From contig NC_091473.1 in NCBI RefSeq assembly GCF_036971445.1, positions 250,728,001 through 250,792,000 on the forward strand: a stretch of DNA of 64,000 bases, read 5' to 3'. Positions 22,016-35,101 of the stretch are shown piece after piece. Origin of the DNA: Narcine bancroftii. Its lineage: Eukaryota. Positions within the stretch are counted from its first letter, which is position 1. Each line of letters begins with the position of its first letter. The translations under genes and the position numbers were made by a program. The notes beneath the pieces were generated by a model. It did not search any database, was not told where the DNA came from, and saw nothing but the letters and a program-made list of their open reading frames with translations.

Positions 22016-22879
22016 CAACCGCTTGTTGGCAATTTAGCTGGCAGGTCCACCTTCGATGTGAAAGACCCAGTAATTGCACCCTGGTCCCACGAAGGCGAGC
22101 CAGGTGCCACAGTTTGAAAGGTCCCTCCTGCAGCTCAGTGTTTGCTCAGGTTTCCAGCATATACTGTCTTGTGTTTCTCTCATGAACAATGTTGGGCCAT
22201 CTTTCAAAATTAGGGAATGTGAACAGGATAACAGCAACCTGAAGTTCGATAAAGTCCAGAAATATTCTCTCCTTTTCAGAAGACAAGGGGGAATGTGGCA
22301 TCATGTCTTTCACAGAGAACCTGAGCAGGAGGGGGAGAATATTGGAGACTGTGTTGAACTCACACTCTCAGGTCAGAGGCATCTGAGGGGTGCAGAACAG
22401 GTACAGAAAATTACAGGCACAGGTAGAGCTGGATCTGATCAACACAAGGGAAGGAAGATTCATTAAAAAATGCATCTTTCCCCATCTTAGGATGAATCAA
22501 ATGGCTTCAAAGATAATGAGAGGGGGAACGGTGTAAAATCCTGCAGGCATGTTAACGGGTGGGACAGTAGTGGAATTTGGTTCAAGTCACTGTAAATGCA
22601 CAGACTTTTTTCTCTACAGTCGTAATAGTTATTCTCAATGTTTTGCAGTTGGAAATATTTGGTATTTATCTTTTTCCATTTAATGCCTCTTTTTAATCCA
22701 GTTAAGCATTGAATTGTAATTGGTTTGCAGTCTTTGTTTCATAGAGTACATTCATAGAATATAGAATACTGCAGCACATAATAGGCCATTTGGCCCTCGA
22801 TGCTGTGCTGACCTCAAGATAAGTCAAGTCTAGTGTACCTGATTGTACAATTTGTACATGTATAACCCGACAAAACAGC

Positions 22880-24080
22880 ACCTCTGGTCCTCAGTGCTAA
22901 ACGTGTAGACATACAGCAAGATATAACTCACATACAGACAAACAGTACATATGCAGGACATGTATTTCATCTTTACAAATATTTATAAAATTTGTTTCAT
23001 GAATATGAAATTCTCAGAAAGTTAGTGTGAGCAATTCCTTTGGTCGATCAGCCTTCTCACTGCCCGTGGGAAGAATCCAGGTGGTGCTGTCTCTGATCCT
23101 CCTGTATCTCTTCCTCGAGGGGAGCAGCTGACTGATGCTGTGTGCAGGATGGAAGAGGTCCTCAATAATTTTATGTGCCCCCTTCAGACAACGATCCCAG
23201 CAGAGCACATTAATAGTGGAGTGGGGGGGAGGTGATGGAACGTAGAACATGGAACACTCCAGCACAGTACAGGCTGTTCGCTCCTCGATGTTGAGCCAAA
23301 CATTCCTTGAAAAAAAAAGCATTAACCTTCCCTATCCCATAACCCTCTATTTTTCTTTCATCCATGTGTATTTCTAAGAGAATCTTAAATGCCTCTAATG
23401 GTTTAGCCTCCACCGAAACATCCCTGGTAAGTCATTCCAGGCACCCACAACTCATCATGTAAAAAAAACATCCCCCTCTTAACTTTGTACACATGTCCTC
23501 TCGTGTTTGCTATTCCTGCCCTGGGAAACAGCTGCTGGCCGTCCACCCTATATATGCCTCTTATTATCTTGTAGACCTCTACCAAGTCTCCTCTCGCTGG
23601 GATCTCCCAGCGATCCTCTCTGCCACACTTCGGGTTCTGTGGATTGACCTTTGATCCATTTTCCTGCAGCAACCTTATGATGCAGTCGACCAGGACGGTC
23701 TCGACAGAACTCCTATAGAAGGTTGACACAATGGTGTATTGAAGCCTTGCCAGCTTCAGTCTTCTCCGGAAGTACAGATGCTGTTGTGGCTTCCTGACAA
23801 ATGAGGAAATGTTGAGTATTTACAATAGGTCTGTAGAAGAAGGAGCCTCAGGCTCTCAACTCTCTCTACTACAGGTGTGTTGATGTTTAGTGGAGGGTGA
23901 TCGTTCCTGGTCCTCCTGCTCATCTCTTTCATCTTGTCCACGTTGAGACTCAGGTTGTTATTCTTGCACCATTTCACAAGATTTTCCATCTCTTCTCTTT
24001 AAAATGACTCATCATTACTGCTGACGAGGCCAACTACTGTTTGTGTGATCTGAAAACGAGATGACATTGTTTTCAACCTC
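22880..24080 (-). mobile_element. Rex1/L2-type LINE fragment with nested CR1-type 3' fragment
   Basis: ORFs with WCKNNNLSLNVDKMKE, FYRSSVETVL and HPAHSISQLLPSRKRYR. CR1-like RGDLVEVYKIIRG insert at ~23240-23600. Confidence 0.65.
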
Positions 24081-24185
24081 ACACTGTTGTTTCATGACCA
24101 AATTTCCTGCTGCTTCCTTCCTCAATTCTACTTACATCTGAAAACGAAGAGCTGACCAATGGACAAGTGCAGACCAACTAAAACA

Positions 24186-24222
24186 ATGTGGATTCCAATG
24201 CTTCTCCTCTGCTCCCTGCCTG
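24186..24222 (+). CDS. Gene 2 signal-peptide exon (MWIPMLLLCSLP)
   Basis: acaATG context, hydrophobic leader, consensus donor CCTG|gtgagt in phase 1. Joins to V-S-G-A-L-W of the V exon. Confidence 0.85.
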
Positions 24223-27200
24223 GTGAGTGACAGACTGATGGGATCTTTCTGGTAATCGGGGTTAGTTTGCGTCTCATGCTCCACTTTCAGTTCAGAGTTG
24301 GTTATGTATGTTCAACTGGGAGGAAGTTTAAAGCGATGTATGAAGAAATCATTTTTAAACAGGGAGTGGTTCGTGCCTGGCATCGTCTGCCAAGGTTAGT
24401 GGTGGAAGCAGACACAATTTTAGCTTTTAATGGGCTCCAGATTGACCGATAATTATGTAGGATTGGAATCACATGGAATATATAGAAAAGAGCAATGAAC
24501 TGGAAGCAACATTTCCTCCTCACTGATTATCAACACAGGGAGCAGACATCACTCCTTCGAGGACAGCTATATGAGGCTCCATCTTAAAAAAGCAGCCTCT
24601 ATCCTCAAAGACCCCCACCACCCAGGCCACGCCGTCCTCCCTCTGCTACTATCGGGAAAAAGGTACTGGAGCCTAAAGACGAGCACTCAGTGGAACAAGG
24701 ACGGCTTCTTCCCTGCCGCCATCAGATTCCTGAATGTTCAATCCAGCATAGATATTGTCTTTCAGTTGGTGCTCTATGATTTTTTAAATATATATATTAT
24801 TGTTGTAGATGGACGTTTGCCCGATCATGCTGCTGCAAATTTCATGACCACTACGTTCTGATTCTGAGAGATTTAGTTTAATTTGCATGTTGTGTGTTGA
24901 TATAGTGGTTCGATGCCCCGTTACGTGTTCTCAGTGTAATGGTAGAAAATGTGATGACCAATGTTGTAACGGTAATCTGACTCATTATGAGAGAAACAGC
25001 AGGATGGAACCCTGGGTGTAAATGATTGACAGAATTGTCCAGGGTGCGAAGGGAAGACCCAAGCGACCATGTCAGAACGCGTCTGATCCACATCCCCCAC
25101 AAGGGGCTCCTGTCTGAAACCTTGACTGCTTTTACTTCCTATGGATGCTGCGTGACCTGCTGTATTTCTCCAGCACAGTTCTGCATTGCACTGGCGCCCC
25201 ACATCTGCAGACATTCATTTTGCCTCCAAGTCAGATCCTTGCCCAACTATTATGGTGCAGCCGTGTCACTTGCTTTAATCTGCACCCACTAACAATACCA
25301 ACATTCACCAATTTGTCTGAGAGCCCACGAAGAATTCGGATTTTAAATGGATGTTTAACCTGCAAAATCTGCACAGGGTTCGAGACACATGATCATCTTC
25401 TTCTTCTGAGAAAAGTATTAATTTAATTTTCTGCCTGCTCCGCTGAAGGCATCACGGAATAAATCTCTCCAATGTCATTTGCCACATTTACAGATGATTT
25501 TATTCTTTAAACTGCTTAAGAAAAGTTATGATTCAGAGTGTGAGAGAGAGAGAGAGAGATACAGAGAGAGAGAAGGAAGAGAGGGAGAGAGAGGAGAGAA
25601 AGGGATGGAGAGAGGGACAGAGACAGACAGAGAGGAGAGATGGAGAAAGAGAGAGGGAGAGAGTGAAAGGGTAGCATGAGAGAAAGAGAGGTAGAATGGA
25701 CATGAGAGAGAGAAAAGAGAGAAACAAAGAGAGAGAGAAAGGGATTGGAGAGAGATGGAGAGAGTGAAGGGACAAAGGATAAAGAGAAGAAGAGGTAGAG
25801 TGGGCAAGAGAGAAGGGGCAACAGTGAGAAGAAAGTAAGGGGGAGAGAAATATGGAGTGGAGACAGGGGAGAGTGAGGAAGAGGGTGGGTGAGAGAGAGA
25901 AAAGAAAGGCTGATAAAAGAAAGAAATCGATGCTGGGAGAGAGAAGGGAGAGAGAGATGAAAAAAGAAAAGAGAGAGAGAGGAGATGGGCTAGGGAGAGG
26001 GAGGGGTAGAATGGGAGAAGCAGAGAGATAGAGAGAGAGCATAGACACCATTGGACCGCAACAGGGTCAGACCCGCATAACTGGCTGCGGTGATGCACAC
26101 ATCCTGGGGGTGTGAAATGGGCTGATATTAATATTATCTTCACAATGTGTCTGCTGCACTAAACAGTTCCTTTCCCTCCAATCTCAAATTGTCTCCCTCA
26201 GTTTCAGGTGCATTGTGGGCACAGAGAGATGTGCGTGGAGTTCGAGGAAGAACGATCACAATCGACTGTCACTATGAAGCAAGTTACCGTTCACACCAGA
26301 AATACTGGTGCCGAGAGTGGACTCATCTGTGTTCTGTGTTAGTGTCAACAAACGGGGACCATGAACGTAAGCGAAGACTGTCAATCACAGATAACCCCAC
26401 GGCAGGAATATTCACTATTACCATGGAGAATCTTCAGACTGGAGACACGGGATGGTACCGTTGTGGAATTTCACAACCTGCCATCGATCCAAAGTTCAAC
26501 GTACATCTACTAGTAACTGAAGGTAATTTTGTCAGTAATTGACTTTATGTCTCCACTGAAATGCCTGTTCCATGTTTTCTCTGGGAGGGGTGTGGTCAGC
26601 AGGTGTCCTGGGGAGGAACCACACATGTGTGTCCTGGGGAAAGGTCTGATGACTGAGGAGATGACCCTCTCTGGGTGAGGGACAGTCAGATGCTGTCCTC
26701 AGAGGGGCAACCCCCACCTCGTGGCAAAGCAGCGCCATCTCTCCCTCCACAGCATGGAGAAAAGCCCCTCCCCAGCACCCTGTGGGCCCCTCGCAGTCTC
26801 TGCTGCAGGTCACTGAAGCCAAACATCATCAGACTCTCGTCCTATGGTCACCGAGCATCTGGGAGATATCTGACTCATTCCTGCCTTTCTCTTTTCACAC
26901 GTTCACTCAGTGTCTGAATGTTTGATCCTTTCCCACAGAACCCGTGTCTGTTCCTGAGCTTCGATACCTGTCCCCACCAAACGTGTCATGTCTGGGAGGT
27001 GCAGTGTCGGTGTCCTGTGAGTCTGCCCAGGGATCCCTTCCCATTCACTACATATGGTATGAAAAGACCCCGTTTGGGGATTCGTGGGTCTCCGCCACCA
27101 ATAAACTGGAACTACATTGTCAATTCTTCAAAGACCAACATCATCAATATTTCTGTGAATCCTCCAATCAACTTGGAACAAAACGCAGTGAAGTTATCAA

Positions 27201-30200
27201 GGTGACAGTGTTCAGTGGAGGAGGAGAGATCTGCCGTTATGTGACAGAGATGAATGGCAAAGGCAAGTGTTCACTTGAAATGTGAAATGTTACATTGAAT
27301 TTGCAACATATTAGAAGCCGATTTAATCCCGGCTGCCCTATGAAACCCATCATTCTTTGGAGGTGGTGTTGTGGTTTGGTGATGTTCAAAAATGAGTCAG
27401 GAACGGCGGGGAATTCTTCAGGAAAGTTGAAACCTTTATTTGCAAATCTAAGCCTGGACCCTGAAATGTCTGTTGCTACGAGACACTTCCCTTTTTTAAT
27501 ATTATAGTCCTGACTTCATCACATTTCTGCCCCCAATCATTCATAACGTCATCCCTTGGCCAGTGCTTTTCATTATTCTCCACCCATTAATCTGATCATG
27601 TTTAGAGCCACCTATTTCATCATATCCAGCCACCTGCTGCCTTCTCTTTATGACTGTGGCCTTGTGCAGTAAGTAGATAATGGATTATTACTTTTGTAAC
27701 ATAGTGTGTGTAAAGTGTTATCCAGTGTTATAAGATGGTAGTTCATGTGGTTTATTTTCCATAGTGGGAGAACACTGGAGCAGCCGGGGTAAACCCAGGT
27801 CGTTCAAAACATGCAAACTCCTTCCAGACAGCACTGGATTCGAACCCGTGTCACCAGCGCTGTGACAGGGTGGCGCTGACCCGTACTCTCACCGTGCCGA
27901 GTTAATTACCACCAGAGGGTGCAGTTAATGGTTTGCTCTTGTGACCCCTGTTGTTGCTGCTTTTGTGTTTGTGGTAATGGCACTCCGTCTCTTTGTCTTC
28001 ATTGCTGTCAAATTCCACTGACGTGATACTGAGCTTCTCAAATCAGGTAGCTTGGTGGTGCTGGCTCGGATACTCCTGTATCTCTCTCCCGACAGGGGCA
28101 GCTGAAAGATGCAGTGTGCGGGGTCGATTGGGTTCTCGGTTATTTTGCAACAAAGACACTGGTAGATCACGTCAATGGTGGGAGTGGGGGTTGGTGGGGG
28201 TGCGGGGGGGAGACTCCAATGACACTCTCTGCCTGGGATAGCCCTCAATGTTCATAAAACAGTGAAAGCTCGATTTGAACAGGTCAAGCAAAGTTTTGAC
28301 ACACTGTGTCACAAATAAAAGCTCTCAGGATTGGAGGGAGAACATATGTTTTTATTAGCTTATAACAAAGGGTATGGTCTTACAATGGTTTTCGTAGGGC
28401 TCAGGGTTTAGGCGGGAAACCTAGGTTATTTATAGGTTGATGGGGCGGAGCCTGGAAGAGGAACTAGCCATCAGCACAGCACATCACCAGTGAATCTCAG
28501 TTCACTGCATTCACCCCTTTCTGCAGTATTAGGGTCCGTGGATGATGACAGAGAACACAGACTCAGCAAAAAGAAATAAAGATATATACAATTATTTACA
28601 GATTTAAATAATCTTGGGATCTGGAAATCCTTGAGGAGTGCCTCAGCACCAGTGGGCCATGTGCTCCCTGGGTCTCCTGGTCCCCTTGTAGGGAAGATAG
28701 AGTGGGCGGTAGGGTATCTGGTTCTATGACGGAGGGAGATGTTTCTTCTTCCTGATCCAAATCTCCTGAGGCCCTGATTGGACGTGGTGAAAAGGACTTC
28801 TGTAACTCGTGGGTCACCTTAGAGCAATGGACTCTCTGTTCCGGTGGATGCCAGGCCCCTGATGGAAACGGTATCCTCCCTGCCATCAGGGTACTCCATG
28901 TAGGCATTCATAGGGTTGGCAGGGAATAGTCTCAGCCTCTCCATCAGAACATTGGATTTGCTTCCCTTCACGTGCTTTCTTGGGAGTACCGGACCTGGTG
29001 TGGTGAACCAGGTTGAGAGTGTAGTTCCTGATGCCGATCTTTCCAAAACATGGTGTTTTCTTTTTCAACCTGCCCATTCCCATGGGGGATGAAGCTCGTA
29101 GTCCTGTTGGATTAAATGCCCCTTGCCAGTATATACTGATGTAGATCCTTTCACATAAATGATGAGCCCTGTTCGCTATTGATAAAGCCAGGGTATCCAA
29201 ACAGGTAAAAAATAGAATCTGGAGCCTTGATTATTGATGAGGTCGAGTTGTCTGGACATGGGAAAGCGAACAGGAAGCGGGTGTTCTCATCAATGATGGA
29301 AAGAAAAATGTATTCCTGAGGTATCAGTTGGCCGGTGAGTGCAAAGGCACAGTTTCCTCTGGATAAGGAATCTGGAGGCTCATTAAAGCATGTAGCTGAT
29401 AAACGATGTCATTATTATAAGTGGAGATTTCAATTCTCCACCTAGCAATTCTGTCATTTTTAATCTTGCCCCGCTGGACGTTATTGAACATAAAAGCGAC
29501 TGAGTGCTTATCAGTGAGGAGCGTGACTTTCCTACCAGCCAGATAGTGCCTGCAGTGCCTGCTGGCCTCTATACAATGGCTTGAGACTCCTTCTCCACAG
29601 AGGGATTCTGGAGCTTGTGGCCTTGCAGTTCCGGGTAATGGGTTAAGGGTAGCGGCCAGAACTACGTCCAAAGCATCACTTTCCACTTGGAAAGGTACAT
29701 TCTTGTCCACCATGTGCATTATGGCTTTAGCAATGTGGCTTCGGACATAGGTAAAAGCCATTTCGGCATCAGCTGAGAGAGAAGGAACCCTATCGGCATA
29801 CTGAGGGAACAAATGGGTGTAATATGAGAAAAAATCCAGGCATCTCCTCAAGGCTTTCATGGAGTGGGGAGCTCTGACAGGGGATGCATTCTATCGGGGT
29901 CCGGGCCAATAATACCATTCTCCACCACATAGGCAAAGATAGCCAGCCCTACTGAAGAATATTGTAACACCCTAGCATTTGTTATAACCTAATAAATTTG
30001 TGGCGCGAATAAAAGCTTTCACAATTGGAGGGAGAGCAGATGCTTTTATTAGCTTATAACAAAGGGACGGGTCTTACAATAGACTTCAGTGGGGCTCAGG
30101 GTTTAGGCAGGAAACCAGGGTTATATATGGGTCGATAGCGAGGAGTCAGCCATCAGCTCAACCCATCGCCAGTAAATCTTAGTTCCACTGCACACACTCA

Positions 30201-33200
30201 GTCATTTAACATTGTATCAGCCATTAAGAGAGCCAAAAAGTACAAGGACCCCCTGCTCAAGATGCCCCAAACTGTGTTTAAAAAAAGCAATGAGGGGGCC
30301 TGCAAACACAAGAAAATATACAAAAAAGGATTATAGGCAAATGGGCCCAAGTAGAGCAAAGAATTACTTGTAAACAGAAAAGTGCAGTCAATGCAATAGG
30401 TGTAAACAATGCCACATTCTGTATATAGAGGAGACGGGGAATATTCTGAGAACGAGTCTCACTGGGCACCTTAGCATCATCACACGGAGGGCTCAACACA
30501 GCCATGTTACCTCTTGTACAATCCCCCAGCTTCTTTCCCCTTTATATGCAGGATATCACAATTTTAATCGTGCAGGATACCAACCTGAGACGTTGACGGA
30601 ACCTTTCTACCCATGGATTCTGTCTGCCTTAGGCCCTTTCAAACAGCTCTGTAAAATGGGGGTAACTGGGCCATTTGCCCAGTCAGCACCCAATTATGTG
30701 GCAATTTGAAAGGGTCCAAGCAGGTCAACCTGGTTAAAACCCAACTGTCTCCTTGACCTACCTCAGCAGTTGACTGGGAATCCAGTGAAACTTAACCAGG
30801 TCTTCTGGACAGCTGATTTGAAAACGAAAGTGGCCGACCCACTTACTCTGATATCGTCAGTATTGCATTGATGCATTACCAGCATCTGAACATCATGAAC
30901 CTCCGGTAATTGCGTGATATATAATTCACCGTGGGGGTGGGAACCCCTTAAATCTCTTATGGGCGATTTAGCTGGCAGGCCCACCTTCAATGTGAAAAAC
31001 CCAGTAATTGCACCCTGGTACCACGTGGGCGAGCCAGGTGCTGCAGTTTGAAAGGTCTCTCTGCAGCTCAGTGTTTGCTCAGGTTTCGTGCATCTGCTGT
31101 CTTGTCTTTCTCTCATGAACAATGTTGGGCCATCTTTCAAAATTAGGGAACGTGAACTGGATAACAGCAACCTGAAGTTCGATAAAGTCCAGGATTATTC
31201 TATTCTTTTCAGAAGACAAGGGGGAATGTGGCATCATGTCTTTCACGGAGAACCTGAGCAGGAGGGGTAGAACATTGGACACTCTCAGGTCAGAGGTATC
31301 TGAGGGGTGCAGAACAGGCACAGAAAATTACAGTCACAGGTAGATCTGGATATGATCAACACAAGGGAAGGAAGATTCGTTAAAAAATGCATCTTTCCCC
31401 ACCTTAGGATGAATCAAATGGCTTCACAGATAATGAGAGGGGAAACGGTGTAAAATCCTGCAGGGGTGTTAACAGGTGGGACAGGAGTGGAATTTGGTTC
31501 AAGTCACTATAAATGCACAGACTTTTTTCTCTACAGTGGTAATAGTTATTCTCAGTGTTTTGCAGATGGAAATATTTGGTATTAATTTTTTTCCATTTAA
31601 TGCCTCTTTTTAATCCAGTTAAGCACAGCATTGTAGTTGTTTTGCAGTCTTTGTTTCATAGATTACGTTCACAGAACATAGAATACCGCAGCACATTTGG
31701 CCCTCAATGTTGTGCTGACCTCATGGTAATCAGGTCTTATGTATTGTCATCTGATTTTACAGGTATAACCCGACAAAAGAGCGTCACCGGCCTCAAATAA
31801 TCTGATAGGTCTCTATCAAGTCTCCTCTCACTGGGAGATTCCAGTGATCCTCTCTGCCATGCTTATGGTCCTGTGGACTGACCTTGATCCATTTTTCTGC
31901 AGCATCCTTAACACGCTGTGATGCAGTCGGCCAGGACGCTCTCAAGAGAACTCCTACAGAAGGATGACATAATGATGGATTGTAGCCTTGTCAGCTTCAG
32001 TCTTCTCAGGATGTACAGATGCTGTTGTGCCTTTCTGACAAGTGAGAAGTTGTTGAGTGTTCACAATAGATCTGTAGTACAAGGAACTTGCTGCTCTCCA
32101 TTCTCTCTACTACAGATTGGTTGATTTGTAGTGGAGGGTGGTCATTCCTGGTCCTCCTGAAACACATAGTCATCTCTTTCATCTTGTCCACATTGAGACT
32201 CAGGTTGTTATTCTCGCACCATTTTATGAGATTGTCCATCTCTTCTCTGTAAAGTAACTCTTCGTTACAGCTGAAGAGGCCAACTACTGTTGTGCGATCT
32301 GAAAACGAGATGACTCCATTTTTCAACCTCACACTGTAGTTTCATGACCAAAGTTTCTGCTGCTACCTTCCTCATTTCTACTTAACTTTGGAAACAAAGA
32401 GCTGACCAACGGACAAGTGCAGACCTGGTCACAGCGACTTAAACAATGTACATTCCAGTCTTCCTCCTCTGATCCCTGCCTGGAGAGTGACAGTTAGATA
32501 GGAACCTTCTGATAATCAGGGTTAGTTTGGATCCATGCACTGCTTTCAGTTCAGAGTTGGTTATATATGTGTAACTGGGAGGAAATGTAAAGAGTTGTAT
32601 GTTGAAAGCATTTATTATAAAAGGGGTGGTTGGTGCCTGGCATCATCTGCCAAATTTAGTGGTGGAAGCAGACACAATTTTAGCTTTTAATGGGGCTCCA
32701 GATTGATTGATAAATATATTGGATTGGAATCACATGGAAAGGTACAAAAGAGCAATGAATTGGAAGCAACGTTTCCTCCTCACTGATTATCAACACAGGT
32801 GCACCCCAAGGATACATGTTTAGCCCACTGCTCTACTCATTATATACCCATGACTGGGTGGCCAGGTACAATCCCAATGCTATCTACAAGTTTGCTGATG
32901 GCACCACAGTTGCCAGCAGAATCACAAATGGAAATGAGGAAGTATTTAGGAGGGGGACAGAGCTGCTCTTTGACTGGTGGCACATCAGCCAACTGCACTC
33001 AATGTTAGTAAAACCAAGGAGATGATTGTGGACTTCAAGAGGGAGTCAGGGGAAGACAACCTAGTCCTCATCATTTGGAAGGTTGGGCTCAGTTTTAATC
33101 ACCATGCTGTGTGAAAGATGCTATTAAGTTCCTGTTCCCCTCCTTCAAGTCGTATCAGTGGAGTTTTTGCCTTCTCCTGATGTCAGAACACCTTTCACTC

Positions 33201-35064
33201 AGCATCTCAATGACCATCAGCACCTGCAACAGTGTCGTACTCTCTGAGCACGGGACCGGAGGTAGCAGGCCGCTGAGGTGGGACTGGATGCCACACACCA
33301 CTGAGGAAGATCGCACAGAACCACAGAGATCAAACTGACAATAATGACAAAAATTGAAGCAATTATTTTCCTTTCTGATCAAATGTATGATATTAGAATA
33401 TTGTTGTTGATGTTGTGGTTGATGTCCATGACTCATTCAAATAAAGCCGTAGTAAATTTGTGTTGAGTTTTGCAGAGTTTATTCAACATCGTAAATATTG
33501 TTAACGATTATCAGTTGCTATATGTTGTTACAAGTCGTGAAATGTTGATAATCAGTGCTAAAGCTTTGTTAGACTTTTATTACAGAGTTCTGTGTTGTGT
33601 ATTGGCCTATGTGTTGTGTGGTTTTATGTTAAGAAGTGACAGTTTGCCTTAGAGAGCCAAAGTGTGAGGGAGTCACGTGATGGAGTAGTGGCCGGTCAGG
33701 GAATTCCAGCCCTCTCCCGAAAAGTTAAAAAAAAACACACAAAGCACAAAGGTACAAGATTAAAATTTATTATAAAGTAAAAATAAAGGTGAGAAGAAAA
33801 TGGCACCGAAGAGGGAAAAGTCGAAAACAACGGGAAGAAAAGAGGAAGAAAGAATGTCAGAAGAAGAAGGTGAAGGCCTTACCTGTCCGAAGAGGCCCGC
33901 CGCGGAGAGAGAAGCCCGCTCCCTCAGGTCAGTGTAAGTCCCGGGCTCGGGACTACAAAAATGGCTCGCGGAGCCGAGTAAAAGTGCGCAACCGCGCATG
34001 AATAAAACCACACTGACGGGAGGGGGGAACAGCTGCGGAGTCGATCCCCACAGCTGAGAGAGACACCTGCGGCACAGCAGCAGGTGCAGAACACAGACAA
34101 TAACGACAACAAGAAAGAAGAGGGTAAAAAGAAAACAAGGAAACAACAGATGGTCAACCCAGAGGAAGAAGAAGAAGAAGAACAGAAAGAAGTGGAAGAA
34201 GAAGAGAAAGGCAAGACAATGGATGTATCTTTTTTTTAAAGAATATATGGAATCAGTGAAAGAATGGCAATTACAAGAATTTAATGAGATAAAAAGAAGA
34301 ATTAAGAATGTAGAAGAAAAAATGAATAAAATGGAAATGGCCATGTCAGAGATAGGAAAAAGAGTGCAAAATATGGAAGAACAAGAAACAATTGTAGAAA
34401 TTGAAGTAGAGGAATTAAAAGAGAAATTAGAAGAATCTAATAAAAAAAGTTAAAGAGGCACATGAGCTGTTAGCTCAGAAGATAGATATAATAGAAAGCT
34501 ATAATAGAAGAAATAATATAAAGATAGTGGGCCTTAAGGAAGATAAAGAAGGCAAGAATATGAGAGAATTTATAAAAGATTGAATCCCCAGGGTCCTAGG
34601 AAGACCAGAATTACAGGAAGAAATGGAAATAGAGAGGGCACATAGAACTTTAGCCCCGAAACCACAACTGCAGCAAAAACCAAGATCCATTTTAGTAAAA
34701 TTCTTAAGATATACAAGAAGAGAAAATATATTGGAGAAAGCAATGAAGAAAGTAAGAGAAGACAAAAAGCCACTGGAATATAAAGGTCAAAAAATTTTTT
34801 TCTATCCAGACATAAGTTTTTAACTCCTGAAGAAGAGGAAGGAGTTCAATACAGCAAAAACGATCTTATGGAAAAAAGGATACAAATTTATGTTAAAGTA
34901 CCCAGCGGTACTTAAAATAGTTATTCCAGGGCAACAAAACAGACTATTCTCGGATCCGGAGGAAGCAAGGAAATTTGCAAAACAACTACAAAACAAGCAG
35001 AGAGATGAAGACATGTAATGAGAGTAAAAATGACCACGAACTATATGTATGTGTGTAAAGGGGT

Positions 35065-35101
<37 letters not shown>

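Larger units (their letters stand above)
22021..24540 (+). repeat. Older duplication of the promoter/leader module (paralog at ~30955-32800)
   Basis: Colinear similarity (e.g. 22140-22800 vs 31070-31720; 23600-24540 vs 31820-32800) including the leader exon and its dead copy. Confidence 0.8.
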
